Shown: positions 46,532-59,706 of the stretch, in pieces
Layout of the letters: every line of letters starts with the position of its first letter
Numbering within the stretch: position 1 is the stretch's first letter
Source: an uncultured Phycisphaerales bacterium
GTDB lineage: Bacteria; Planctomycetota; Phycisphaerae; Tepidisphaerales; Tepidisphaeraceae
Direction of reading: 5' to 3'
Assembly (NCBI GenBank): GCA_963844715.1
Contig: CAWJPJ010000008.1
Span: 320,001-384,000 of the forward strand
Length of the DNA stretch: 64,000 nt
Program-made: the position numbers and the translations under genes
The notes under the pieces: model-generated
What the model was told of the DNA's origin: nothing
Seen by the model: the letters and a program-made list of their open reading frames with translations, nothing else
Database searches by the model: none

Positions 46532-49500
46532 ATGTCCATCGGTAGCGATCCGGGTTGTCGTCGGCGATCACGGCGTTCGAGTTTGCATCTTGCCAAAGCG
46601 ATTGTTGAGGCGCTCGAATCGCGTCTTCTTCTTTCCTACGTTGTCAATACCATCAGCGATCAGCTCGACGCGAGCACGTCTCCAACGGTATCTCTTCGTG
46701 ATGCGGTCAATCGAGCGAATGCGGCCGGAGGCAACCAAACAATTACATTTGATTCGAGCGTTTTCACGCCGGGGACGATGCACACGATTACTTTGGCCAC
46801 GGGGACTGGCTTCGGCTCGCTGGTGCTTGACGACACGACGCTCACCTTAGAAGGACCAGGGGCCGGAACACTGTCAATCAATTCCGGTGGAACTTTCCGA
46901 GATATCGCTGTCGATCGGAATTCGAAGGCGGTCATTGAAGGCCTAACTGTCACCGGCGGGGGCATCGTCAATGGGGGCACACTCCAGATCAACAATTCCA
47001 CAATTAGCGGAAACTCTGTTGCCGGGGTGAGCAACGGTGGCGGAATAAAAAATTACTACGGCAGTCTCACGATCTTCAACTCTTATATTCATGATAACGT
47101 TTGCGGGTCATATGGCGGTGGAATTTTCAATAGCCACGGGAGTCCACTCACCATTGCCTCGTGTACCATCACGGGCAACACGGCCGACCTTGGTGGCGGC
47201 GGCATTTACAGCAGCGGAACCCTGGATGTCTACGATAACACTGTAATTAGCGGCAATGACGGAATTGGAAGCGGCGGTGGCGTCTTTGTATACAACGGTA
47301 CCGCCGAAATTTCCCACACGACAGTAAGCGGAAATACAACGAATTCCGGTTCTGGCGCCGGAATCCGCAATCAATTTGGGGACCTGACTGTTACAGACTG
47401 CACCATTACCGGAAATAGCTGCGAAAGCGGCGGTGGAGGAATCGGTAACGACGGCGGAACTCTTCAAGCCTACGGATCGATAATCGAGAACAACGTCGCC
47501 CAGTTTGATGGAGGCGGCATCGAGAATCTCAGCTATTACGCCAGCAACATCAGCGATTGCACGATCACCGGAAACACCACCGGTTACAGCGGCGGCGGGA
47601 TATTCACAGCCGGAGGACCCTTGTATGTTTCCGGCACGGAAATTGAGCACAATGCCGCGCAATATGGCGGCGGCGGTATAGGCAACATTGGCACAGCGAC
47701 GTTGACGAATTCCACCGTCAGTTACAACTCCGCCGAGCACAGCGGGGGAGGGATCGGGAACGGCGGCTCACTGACCGTGTCAGGAACGGCCGTCGACGAC
47801 AACACATCCTCGTCGGGGGGAGGAATTAGCAGGCGCAGTCTCCGTTACTGCTCAATTCGATTGTCAGCGGGGGCTTCGGCCGAGCGAACTTGGGCCGGCA
47901 GGCGTTCGGGGCCGATGCAGGCGAAGCGTATCTGAATATCAGCGATTCCACGATCACCGGAAATTTCTCAACTGGTGGCGGCGGCGGGTTGTATCTCGAC
48001 GGGGATTCATACTCGGCCATCTCAGAGTCCACGATCAGCAATAACTCGGCCCATTGGTCCGGCGGCGGCATCGATAGTGCGAACTGGGCGTCGGAACTCA
48101 ATCTCTCAGACTGCACGATTAGCGGCAACATCAGCGAAAGCGGTAACGGCGGCGGCTTGTATACCTATGGCGGCACCACAACAATTTCGTATTCGCTGTT
48201 CGATGCGAACACGGTAGCCAGCAGGCTGCGCTATGGTGGCGGCGTCGCGAACTTCAACGGCGGCACGCTTACTATTACCAATTCCACGATCGCGCAAAAT
48301 CGGGCTTATGGCGGCGCAGGCATCGATAGCGATTGTGGGACCGCCACCGTTGAAGATTCCACAATTTGGGATAACACCACCTCGATGGAACAGTTCGCGG
48401 GCGGCATATATGACAATTCCAGCAACGGTTCGAACTGCGTTCTGGAAGGCGATATTGTCGGAGACAATCTTCTCGCCGGCAACAATGCCGAATGCGATCT
48501 ATCGGGCGGAGCGTTTACCGGCCAGGACAATCTGATCGGCGACGGATCCGGCGGGCTATCCGCGGCCGCAAATCTCACCGGAATACCGAATATGTCGCCA
48601 TTGGGTTACTACGGCGGTCCAACCGAAACGTATGTGCCCCTGCCGATGACCGGGGGTAATCCGGCCATGGGAAATGGATATCCCGACTCTGCCGCGACCT
48701 TCGATCAGCGGGGCTTCCCCCGATCGACTTCCCATCCTGATATCGGAGCCTTTCAGTCTCAACCCGAACCGATCGTCGTCACTACCCTCGAGGATGCCTG
48801 GCCTGTCGATCCGGGCAATATGTCCTTGCGCGACGCGATCAACCTTGCCAACGTTCTGAAAGGCAACCAGACCATTGCTTTTGCGCCGGAGCTAACTGGA
48901 ACAACGACGCTGACGCTCGGGCAATTCGAGCTGGATGACCCCACGGGCACGATTACGATCGATGGACCGGGCATAAATGATCTGACGGTCGACGCAAATG
49001 GCGCCCGCGCGTTCGTGGTTGACGCCGGTACCGGTGTCGTTCTCGACGACATGAAGATTACGGGTGGCGCAGGCGACGCGTGGCGGCGCGATCGAGAACC
49101 TTGGCACGCTTTCGATAAGTGATTGTGTGATTTCCGGCAGTACCGCATCCCACTCCGGCGGCGGTGTCTACAACTCCGGAACCTTAAGCCTCTATGGAGT
49201 AACCATCCAGTCGAATATCGCCGCTTACGGCGGAGGGATTTTCAACTCCGCAACATGCACGATCTCCAGCAGTTCCACTGTAACCGACAACTCGGCTTCC
49301 AAAACCGGCGGCGGAATCTACTCCAGCGGTGCCCTGACCGTTACCAGTTCCACGATTTCGGGAAACACGGGCCTGTTCAGCGGTGGCGGCATCTACAATT
49401 ACTACAACTATCACACCCATATGTCCGGCACAGGGGTCGTAAATATGTCCGGTAGCACGATCAAATACAATACCACAACGCAAGTTTACCGTGCAGGCGG

Positions 49501-52500
49501 ACTTGGCGACGGGTATGGTGGCGGGATCGAGAACTCCGCCGGGGCGGTCACGATTACCAGTTCCACGTTCTATGGCAATTTCGCGTATCAAGAAGGCGGG
49601 GCGATTTTTACCGGATCACAGGACTTCGGCCACATCATTTCGACGTATAACGGTTCGGTTACCATTTCCGGCACTGAAGTCGATCAGTCGAGTTTCACCG
49701 ACAACGTGGGTCGCGATGGGTTTGAGAACGGGGGCGGGGCGCAATATTCAGCAAGGAGAGCACCGTTACCGTTTCCTACTCGACCTTCACGGGCAACACC
49801 GCGCTCAACGTGAGCGGGGGATATGGCGGAGCCATTTACGCAGGTTCCAAGGGCTCGCTTTACGTCGGCTTTTCCACATTCCTAAATAATTTCGCTGAGC
49901 AGGGTTTGGAAAATGGCCAAGCGGTGTGTGCCGCGTGTACGACGACCATCACCAACTCCGTCGTCCAAGACAACGGGGGTGGGGACGGAGGGGGCCCAGC
50001 GATCAGCGCGGGACCGGACCTGACATTGGATAAGTGCACCATCGAAAATAACAACGGCGCGGGTGTATACGATGAAGTGAGCTTTGTCATCGAAAACTGC
50101 CTGATCCAGGGAAACACCGGCGGGGACGGAGGCGTGTTTGTCTCCGGGGAAGGGGAAATATCGAATTCAGTGATTACTCAAAACTCCTCGACGGATTCCG
50201 GAGGCGGTATTGATATTGATACGGGCGGCGAAGGTCCGACTCCGAACATCGTTATTGAGGACTCGACAATTTCGTATAACACCGCAGCGAACCATGGCGG
50301 AGGAATCGACGGGGGAGGGGATTTAGCGGTGGTGAATTCCACGATAACAGGAAATGTCGCACGCGAGGGGGGCGGAGTTTATGGCGCGGGCTATTGTGTG
50401 CTCACCGACTCGACGATCTCCGGCAACACCGTGACGGGCGGGACCGGAGGGGGCTTTAGTTTCAACGCGCACTACAATTATGTCACCCACACGACCAGTC
50501 CGCCGCCGACAATCAACGGGACGATCGTTTCCGGGAATACCGGCGGTGATTTTTATGGCACGCAATACACTGCCGGGGACGACATTTTCAACGGAACCAA
50601 TAACCTCATTGGCGGAAATGCGCTGCTGGCGGGGCTGGGCACCTATGGGACTTCAATCACCGCCGGATCGAGCGTCGGCGGGTCGACGCCTCAATACGTT
50701 GAAACGATGGCTTTGCTGCCGGGGTCGCCGGCGCTGGACGCGGGCGGCGTCTTTGACGATGAGAGCGGGAATCCGATTACGACCGATGTGCGTGGCGTGA
50801 GCCGCGATCCCGCTGAGGGATCATCCGACATCGGAGCGTTTCAGAGTCAAGGATTTAATGTCACCATTACCGAGGGAAACGGTCAAAGCGCGGCGGTGAA
50901 TACGCCGTTCTCAAGCGCCTTGGCCGTCCAGGTCACCTCCAACGATCCGAATTTCACGAACCTGACCGGTGGAATTGTGACGTTCAGTGCGCCCAGCAGC
51001 GGAGCCGGCGCCGTTCTGGGTACGAACCAGATCATCGATGCGGCCACGATCAATAATGCGAGCGGAGACGTTAGTGTCCCCGCGGAGGCCGACGATACAC
51101 CTGATGCGCCGGGAAATTACAACGTGACCGCCAGCGCGACGCCGATGGCGACGTCGTCTTACACGAACTTCACGTTAACCAATATGGGATCGCTGCCGGT
51201 AGGCCTACCCACGGTCTCAATATCAGGAGCCTCTTCGGTAAACGTTGGTGCGTCGTACACACTAACACTGAACACCAGCAGTACGAGTTCGCTGACCTGG
51301 ACGATCAATTGGGGCGATGGGAGCCCGGACACGGTTTACCCCTATCCTTACGGCGAAAATACGCCGACGCAGACGCACACCTATACCTTTACGTCGACGT
51401 CCAATTTCATCATTACGGCGACGGCGACGGACGGGACGAATATGTACGCGGCGGGCACGCAGGCAGTTCAAGTGACGCAGCCGCGGGCAGGTGGATGGCC
51501 GTCACAACCTCCGACACCGACGGGGCTTCAAATTATTCAGGCCATACCAGGAGAGATTGACATCTCGTGGATCGGAAGTAGTGACCCAAACGTTGTGGGG
51601 TACAACGTGTATGTATCCCCAGAGGCGAATTTCCCGCTCTCGCCGGGTAACCTGATCGCAAGCGACGTGACGACGGCTGGCTACACGGACAATTTCAATT
51701 CTGCTCCCGACGTAACTTGGTATTACGAGGTGACCGCGGTCACCAAGTCGGCACAAGAATCAGCCCCATCAGCGTGCGTTGGAGCAATGATGCCGACGAA
51801 CTTACCTGCGGATTACCAGGAGCCTGGGGTCGATGGGAGTGAGCCGGCCGACGCTGGCGACATCGGAGACAGTGAATCAACAGTCGGCCCAGATACAGGG
51901 ACCGAGAAGGATTTGCTGGCATTCTACGGGTTGAATTTTGGAAATGGCAATCCCGCGGTGACGCCCACCGTTGGTAATGCATACTTGGACGAGATAGTAG
52001 ATTACGGAAATTTTGGAATCAATGGCTATGGCCTTCGCGACTACGGTTACAATCTGGTCGGCAGCCGCATCTTTGCGGACTACGAGTGGCAGCAAGCCGA
52101 AATGGCCGTCATTTCAATACTCGATCCGACTGACACAAAAGTTATAACTCCAACTCAAATTGCGGCGCACCAGATTTACGTACTTGCGTACAGCTGGGGG
52201 GCGATTACTGCCGCGAATGTCACCGAGGATCTAGCTAAGCCGGATTCGGATTTGTTCGGTGTGCGCACTTCCGGACCCGTGCGCGGCCAATTCGTAGTCA
52301 ATAACGGATGGGACCTCGAAGCACCGGTGCAAATTCAAGTGTTTGACGCCATCGACCCGGTAACGTCGGCGTTTCTCGTCTCGGGTCTTATCCGCTTCAC
52401 GGGCCCGCTCGATTCCAACGTAATCAACTTCAATGATTATTACCAGCAATCGGGAATAACGTCGAATTTCGACGTAGAGGACCCATTCGGGACCTCGCTC

Positions 52501-52797
52501 GGTACGGGCCAAATCGGCAGATTTTTCCCCGATGATATGATCGGCGGTAATACACTCGCTTGCGCACAGTCGATCATTCAGGACCAAGAGAACGTAAACA
52601 CGAGCCCCGAATTTTCGACTCTGGACCTTTGCGCTCCATACGACCAATCGTCTACCCCGTTTTATGAATTTATAGATCTCCCTGGCGACGAGGTTAACCA
52701 TGATACGATTGTGGCATATTGTTATCAGCTGGTGTATTTCGACTTTGGGGTTGCCCTTCCCAGTCCCGGGACATTCCCACAGCAATTCCCGCTGTAG
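46532..52797 (+). CDS. Giant exoprotein, putative polymorphic toxin: planctomycete signal, 2x CSLREA-like/beta-helix/choice-of-anchor-Q, Ig, PKD, FN3, C-terminal alpha/beta hydrolase (frameshifts near 47850, 49075, 49745)
   Basis: GGAGG RBS; EALESRLLLS; SLRDA twice; GGGI...N repeats; D.RG..R...DIGAFQ twice; WTINWGDG; tip with AYSWG (52186-52200), IDPV and NHDTI. Confidence 0.8.
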
Positions 52798-53233
52798 AGC
52801 GGTAGCGATTGCGACTTTGTTAGTAGGGTTATGCACGGGTTGCACGGGATACCCGACCCGCGAAGGCACATGGCGAGGGTATGTATTTGTACAGGAATTT
52901 GGAGATAACCAGACTAAATTGCGATTATATAAAATGCGAATAGAGGAAGGACCTCGTGAGCCATCTATGGAACCTGAGGCCCTGGCGGACGAAGATAAAA
53001 AACGGAATCCGGCCTGGTATTCGCCGGTTCTAAGCAACGAGGACTTTGTTGCGTTGGATCTCGGTGACATTCCTCCCGATGAATTAATTACAGTTAGCGG
53101 AGAATACTGCTCTGGCGCGGGGGAATATGTTTACGGAACGCTTCTCGGACGCGAGGTTGGGATCCATGTGATTCGCGTTCATAAGATGTGGGACCGCCAC
53201 GACGAGCGCCTTCCACTTCATCCTATGAATTAG
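52700..53233 (+). CDS. Putative immunity lipoprotein for tip 1 (start uncertain)
   Basis: Overlaps/abuts the exoprotein stop; AVAIATLLVGLCTGC lipobox-like signal; lower GC. Confidence 0.55.
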   Translation: MIRLWHIVISWCISTLGLPFPVPGHSHSNSRCRAVAIATLLVGLCTGCTGYPTREGTWRGYVFVQEFGDNQTKLRLYKMRIEEGPREPSMEPEALADEDKKRNPAWYSPVLSNEDFVALDLGDIPPDELITVSGEYCSGAGEYVYGTLLGREVGIHVIRVHKMWDRHDERLPLHPMN

Positions 53234-53856
53234 TTTGGTGGAAAATGGGAAAACGAAACCAGGACGCAGCTAGATAGCAATTTATAGCTACTGATGCGAC
53301 TGACAACACCGCCCGCAATATGGGGCGCGGTACTGGCGGCTAGCGCGGTGATTCCTGCCCCGATCCGAATGGCAGCGATGGATATGGCGGGGCAGTGTAT
53401 GCCGCAACGCTTGCCAACAAAGGTTCGCTTACCATTACGGGCTCCGTCTTCACCAACAATTTAAGCAACGCGGGGGGCGAGGCAATCGGCGACACATGTA
53501 CCTCTTGTACGATTACCGGATGCACGATCAGCGGGAATACGGAAAGCGGCATCTGGGCCACGGGTGCATTAAACCTGTACAGCTGCACCATCGAGGACAA
53601 CTACGGCGGCAACGGTGGCGGCGTCGATGAGCTCGGTGGGTACCTATTAATGAAAAATTGTCTGGTCGAAGGAAACACGGGGACCGGCGGTGGCCTCTCC
53701 ATTTCAAGCAGTCTCATCGAGAATTCGATCATCGCCGACTGTCAGCGGGCGCACAAAACCGGCCACTGAGGGGCGCGCCAAAACCGGCCATTTTGAAGCA
53801 CAGGAGATTCGATCATTACCGTTGGTTCCCGGTTCTAACCGGGAGACGACGGCACG

Positions 53857-55390
53857 ATGGCGAATCAGCTCAAAATGGCGGAAGTTCAAGCAATTCTTTC
53901 ACTTGCACGCAATGGTTGGTCCAACCGGCACATCGCCCGCCAGCTTGGCGTTCACCGCGAGACGGTTGGACGCCATCTCCGGCTGGCGGCGCGGGAAGAT
54001 TCAAAACCGGCCAGCGCACCCCTCGGCTCGGAGGGCGCGCCCACCGGGTTGGTCAGCGCCGCCAGCGCCTGGCGTGAAGTGATCGTTCAGAAGCTGGGCA
54101 TGGGGCTGACCGCCCAGCGGATTTACCAGGACCTCTGCTCCGATCACGGTTATGCCGGCAGCTATTACAGTGTTCGCCGGCTGGTTGGGAAGTTGACCTC
54201 GGCGGCGCCAACGCCATTCCGGCGGATGGAGTGCGAGCCGGGCGCCGAGGCCCAGGTCGATTTTGGACGGGGCGCCGCCCATCGTCGGTTCCGACGGCAA
54301 GAGGAGAAGCACCTGGGTCTTCCGCATCGTGCTGAGCCACAGCCGCAAGGGGTACGCCGAGGCGGTGCACCGTCAGACCACCGATGACTTTCTGCGTTGC
54401 CTGGAGAATGCGTTCGCGCACTTCGGCGGATTGCCGCGGACGCTGGTGATCGACAATCTTCGGGCGGCGGTGAAGCGGGCGGACTGGTTCGACCCGGAGT
54501 TGTGTCCCAAGGTCCGCTCGTTTGCCGAGCATTACGGAATCGCCATTCTGCCGACCAAGCCCTACACGCCCCGGCACAAGGGGAAGATCGAACGGGGCAT
54601 CGGCTATGTGAAGGGCAACGCCCTCAAGGGACGGACCTTCAGTTCTCTGGCCGATCAGAACCAGCATCTTCAGGCCTGGGAAGCGACCGTCGCCGATACG
54701 CGCATCCATGGAACGACGCGCCGGCAGGTGAAGGAAGTGTTCCAGCAGGCGGAGCAGCCGGCGCTCTTGCCGTTGCCGGCGGCGAGATTCGATCTGTTTG
54801 CCGAAGCGTTGCGCAGCGTCAGCCGGGACGGACACGTGCAGGTCAAAGGCGCGTATTACTCGGTCCCACCGGAGTTTTTGGGCCGGCAGCTTTGGGCGCG
54901 CTGGGATGGGCGCCTGATCCGCTTGCTGGATCAGAAGATGCGCCCCGTCGCGGTGCACGTGCAGCGTCCGCCGGGGACCTTCTCCACGCTGGATGCCCAT
55001 ATCCTGCCGGAGAAGATCAGCGGGATCGAAAAAGGAACGGCCTGGCTCCTGCGCCGGGTCGAATCCATCGGACCGCACGCCACGCAGTGGGCGCGGTCCA
55101 TGCTCCAGAATCGCGGCATCGAGGGCGTGCGCGTGCTCCTGGGCCTTATGTCCCTGACGAACAAGCATTCCCGCCGCGTCATCGAGCAGGCCTGCCAAGT
55201 CGCCCAGGGGCATGGGGCGTATCACCTCCGTTCATTGCGCCAACTCCTCGAACAACAGAATCCGCCCGCCCTTCAGCGGAACTTCGAGTTCGTCCAAGAA
55301 CATCCGATCATCCGCGACCTGGGCGACTACGGCCGATTCGTGCGACAGGCCATTACCCAACAACCACCTTCACAGGAGTCCATTCCATGA
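53857..55390 (+). CDS. istA: IS21 transposase (frameshift near 54270)
   Basis: N-terminal HTH, EAQVDFG, IDNLR and KGKIE DDE motifs. Confidence 0.9.
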
Positions 55391-56268
55391 GACCTTCATT
55401 GTTACAGACGCTCAAACAGCTTCGGCTTTCGGGCCTGGCCCAGAGCCTTGAAGTCCGATTGAGCGAGGCGGCTGGCAATCGGCTCGATCACGCCGAGTTT
55501 TTGGAACTGATTCTCCAGGACGAACTGAACGTGCGGTCCAGCCGATTGGTGAGCCGCCGCGTCAAGGCCGCCCTGTTCGGCGAAGTCAAAAACCTCGACG
55601 AGTTCGACTTCTCCTTCAATCCCTCCATCAAACGCAAGCAGATCCACGACCTGGCCGGCTGTCAGTTCATCCGCGAAAAAGCCGACGTGCTTCTATTGGG
55701 CCCACCCGGCGTCGGCAAAACGTTCCTGGTCCAGGCCATCGGGCATCAGGCGATCAAAGCCGGACACCTGGTTCTGTACCGCTCCATCTTCGATCTGGCC
55801 CGCGACTTCCTCGGCGACGACGAACTCGGCCAGCAGGACAAAACGCTGAATCGTTATCTCAAACCCGACCTGCTCATCATCGACGACATGGGAATGCGAC
55901 AACTTCCGCGTCGCTCCGGCGAATGCCTGCTGGAGATCATCATGCGCCGCCATGAGAACCGCTCGACGATGATGACCAGCAACCGGCCGCTGGAAGACTG
56001 GGCCAAGCTGATCGGCGACGTCCCGGCGGCCACGGCGATCCTCGACCGCTTCCTTCAGCACGCCACCCTCCTCAACATCACCGGCAAAAGTTATCGTTTG
56101 CGCCACGGCGGCGCCGGGGAGGCCGTGGAGGCGAAGCCTTCCACAAAGGCAAATTCAAAAGGACGGCGGAGTACCGCCGACGATGGAGGGTGCTCCCCTC
56201 CGGAAGACACCGTGGCAGAAAGCACGGTCTCTTCTTGTGCTGGGGCGCCCGCCGATCAGGCGTCCTGA
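55387..56268 (+). CDS. istB: IS21 helper ATPase
   Basis: GPPGVGKT, LLIIDDMG, TSN, AILDR and GKSYR. Confidence 0.9.
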   Translation: MRPSLLQTLKQLRLSGLAQSLEVRLSEAAGNRLDHAEFLELILQDELNVRSSRLVSRRVKAALFGEVKNLDEFDFSFNPSIKRKQIHDLAGCQFIREKADVLLLGPPGVGKTFLVQAIGHQAIKAGHLVLYRSIFDLARDFLGDDELGQQDKTLNRYLKPDLLIIDDMGMRQLPRRSGECLLEIIMRRHENRSTMMTSNRPLEDWAKLIGDVPAATAILDRFLQHATLLNITGKSYRLRHGGAGEAVEAKPSTKANSKGRRSTADDGGCSPPEDTVAESTVSSCAGAPADQAS

Positions 56269-59147
56269 TGCGCGGCTGATAACTCAACAGAAAGTTGCAT
56301 GGAACTGAACGGATGAGGTATACGAAGCGTCACAATACTGGCCGCTTTTGAGCGCCCATTGATGGCCGGTTTTGGCGCGCCCCGCGACAGCCGACAACAC
56401 TTCCGAGACCGAGGCGGGCGGCATCCAGGCGCAGGACAACTGCACCATCGAGGGCTCGACCCTCTACGGAAATTCGGCCGTAGATGGCGGGGGCGGAATC
56501 GATTTTGGGGGCGGCACGTTGTCCGTCATCAACTGCACTATCACCGGCAATTCGGCCCTCACGGGCGGCGGAATTTGGGCAGGCGGTACGGACCTTGCGA
56601 TTACCGACTCGACGATCTCCGGCAATACCTCGACCACGCAGGGAGGTGGGTTTAGTTTCGATTCCGATGACGTGTACGGACACGAGATGGACTACGTGCC
56701 GCCGCCGACGATCAACGGGACGATCGTTTCCGGGAACAGGGGTGGCGACTTTTATGGCACCCTTTACACGGCGGGCGATGATGTCTTCACCGGCGCGAAT
56801 AACCTCATCGGCGGGAATGCGCTGCTGGCAGGCATGGGCGCCTATGGGACTTTAATCAAAGCGGGTTCGAGCGTCGGCGGATCAACGCCTCAATACGTTG
56901 AAACGATGGCGTTACTGCCGGGGTCGCCGGCGCTGGACTCCGGCGTCGGCGAGGACGATCAGAGTGGGAATCCGATTACCGTCGACGAGCGCGGCATCAG
57001 CCGCGATCCCGCTGAGGGATCATTCGACATCGGAGCGTTTCAGAGCCTTGGGTTCAACGTCACCATCACCGCGGGGAACAATCAAAGCGCGGCCGTCAAT
57101 ACGCCATTCTCCACCGCTCTGGGGGTCCACGTTACGGCCAACGATTCCGGACTGACCGATCTGAGCGGCGGTATCGTGACCTTCATTGCTCCTTCGACGA
57201 GCGCAACGGCGGTTCTGGGGACCGATCAACTCATCTCCGATCCGGTGACGCTCACCAGCGGCGGGACTGCTACCAGCGACACCCCCACGGCCGACGATGT
57301 GACCGGAACCTACAACGTGATGGCGTCGGCTACGCCTTATGCGACTTCATCGTTCACGAATTTTTCGCTGACGAACGGCGGCAGTCCGGCTTCGGGATTG
57401 CCGACGCTTTCTATCACTGGGCCGACGACGGCAACGGGTGGGCTTTCCTACACGCTGACTCTTAACACCAGCGATGCCACGCAAAACATTCCGCTGACGT
57501 GGACGATCCAATGGGGGGACGGGCAGGTGAGCACCGTCACGCAGAATAATGACGCTCTCACATCGGTGACGCTTACAGACGGATTTGCGACGGCGCCGGG
57601 GAATTTTACAATCTTTGCCACGGCGACAGATTCAAGCGGGAATATTTATGTGGCGGGGACTTGGCAGGTGAACGAGGACGAGGAGGGGCCGGTCCCCCCG
57701 GGGCCCGTCCCTCCCGGGCCGGTGCAGGCACAGGCGATGTCTAGCGATCTCGTTGATCTGAGTTGGAACCCTGTGGCCGGCGCCCAGTACTACGAGGTAT
57801 TTCGCGGAACGACGGCGAATTTTGCGCCGACATACAGCACGTCGATCGCTGACGACCTAGGGTCAAACTCATATCAGGATGAGGAGGTCTCCGCCGGTGA
57901 TACTTACTACTATGTAGTCGCCGTCTATAGCGGAGGAGACGCGCTTGCGGTTGTTGGTAGGAGCGCCGTTTCGATACCAGACGAAGTCGATACGACGGAG
58001 CAACTCCTTGCGCCAGCAAGCGTTGAAGCCGTCGGTGTAAACGACTTAGAGATCTTCGTCTCTTGGGCGGACGTGCAAACAGAGATGAGTGGATTTGAAA
58101 TATTTATCGGGACCAGCGCGTCTCAGGGTTATCTTGCCGGCGAGGTTGGCCCGGCACAGCACAATTTTATCATACGAGGTTGCGGTCAAAATGCAGCCCA
58201 GTTCTTGCAAGAGGACGTAACTTACTATATCGATGTTGCCGCCATTCTGACGAATTCCCAAGGCTACATAACAGGCTCGGGTTATGCCAGTAGCACCGTG
58301 GAGGCTTCCGTTAGGCCGCCCAGTCCCTTTATCGCGGGCGGTGATGATGTGATCGTTATAAGCGGCGGCGCTCGCCAGCCAATGAGTTATCTCCTCAATG
58401 GAATCACCGTGGACACCTCCAATTCCGGCCGGGTCCTTACTGGGCAATCCAATCAAAACAGTGTCGGCGAGATTTGGGCCGATCTTGTCAATCTGGGATA
58501 CAACGTTTACATTTCATCCGATCCGTGGGACGGCGGTGACACAACTTGGACTGAAACGGACTACGAGACTCTTCAATCCGGTGCGACCATTGGACCAGTT
58601 TTAAATTCCGATGGATCAGGACGCCTATATGACGAAATACAGTATGAGCTCCACCAGGGCTTTATGAACGTGGGCTTGATCGGCTATAGCCATGGGGGCG
58701 GAATGATCGCGAAGATATCGACCGACCTCTGGTATGATCCTAACACTCCTCAATGGGCAAGGGTGGTTTTTGCGGGCACGATCGATGCGGTATGGTATGG
58801 AACGGGATTCATGGGCGGACTTGGTAGTAGTTTGAACCCGAACGAGGGAATGGACCCCCTCGCCTGGTCGCCTGCATTAAGTGACGGTTTTAACCCGATT
58901 TGGGGTGGCATAGCATTCAACTATTATGAGACGGCGGGATCCCTGGGAGTCTCCGGTTATTTTGGGCTCATATGTGGTACGACTATGCCGGGGGCATTCA
59001 ACTTGCAGGTCGCCGGAAACCATTCCACTATCGGAGTCGATCAAGCCGTATTGGGCGCAATCGAAACTGATACAAATTTTGTCTTCGGTCAGCTATCGTA
59101 TTAATTAGTTGGGCAATTTATCGCTAAACCAGCAGTTCGATGCGTAA

Positions 59148-59543
59148 ATGTCAAGGCAGAACCATCAATCATCGGGAGGGCGCGCCTCCGATGATGCGGG
59201 CAAACTTGATTATGCTAGCGGCGGGCGCGCAAACCGAGCGTTCGCGTGGGACTTAGTGTCCTTAATTGCGGGGCTGGCGCAAGTTCCTTGGGTATTGATT
59301 TGTATGCTTACCTCTTGGAGTCTCGGGTTGGACCGCTTACCGGGTAACTGGGGGGCTAGAGTTCTACTTGTGAGCATGGGCATCCCGACGGTCGTCGGGA
59401 TATTCTGCGGGCATCGCTCGATGAAAACATGGAGGCGGTCGGGACCGAACTTGCTGGGTGTAGGAGGACTTGTTCTTTCCGTTCTGGGCGCTTTATGGCT
59501 GCTATATGTGGTTGCCAGGGCTTTGATAGCGGGTGCGATATGA
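59148..59543 (+). CDS. Putative membrane immunity protein for tip 2
   Basis: Three TM helices; LDYA, QVPW, PTV and NLLG motifs shared with 63146..63529. Confidence 0.6.
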   Translation: MSRQNHQSSGGRASDDAGKLDYASGGRANRAFAWDLVSLIAGLAQVPWVLICMLTSWSLGLDRLPGNWGARVLLVSMGIPTVVGIFCGHRSMKTWRRSGPNLLGVGGLVLSVLGALWLLYVVARALIAGAI

Positions 59544-59706
59544 TGGGAGGGGGAAATCTAGGGACAGGCACGAACGCCATTCGATTAAGCATAACGCTCG
59601 CGGTGCTTTGCCTTTAGGTTCTGTCTTGGTTCTTTGAGCAGGTCGTATTCCTTGATTCGCCGTTTCAGTTTTCGCGGCTCCCAACGGTCCGGACGATCGG
59701 GATTGA

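Larger units (their letters stand above)
53740..56389 (+). mobile_element. IS21 family insertion sequence
   Basis: TGTC...GACA ends with repeated AAAACCGGCCA subterminal motifs; 6-bp target duplication GCCGAC (53734-53739, 56390-56395); istA-istB. Confidence 0.92.
53344..59104 (+). pseudogene. Orphan cassette 2 (no signal peptide): beta-helix fragment, anchor-Q, Ig, PKD-like, FN3s, hydrolase tip 2; interrupted by IS21
   Basis: Removing the IS and one GCCGAC copy rejoins ...IIAD-NTSETE... in frame; GYSHG at 58682-58696, IDAV and NHSTI; stop codon upstream at 53341. Confidence 0.75.

Noticed and set aside
46532..52797. Classical autotransporter/Pmp or CdiA/Rhs annotation
   Set aside because: No C-terminal beta-barrel, TPS domain, CdiB partner, VENN motif, YD repeats or DPxG core end is visible.
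54397..55386. Long N-terminal extension of the 623-aa istB ORF
   Set aside because: It is an alternate frame overlapping istA; istB starts at the coupled ATG at 55387.
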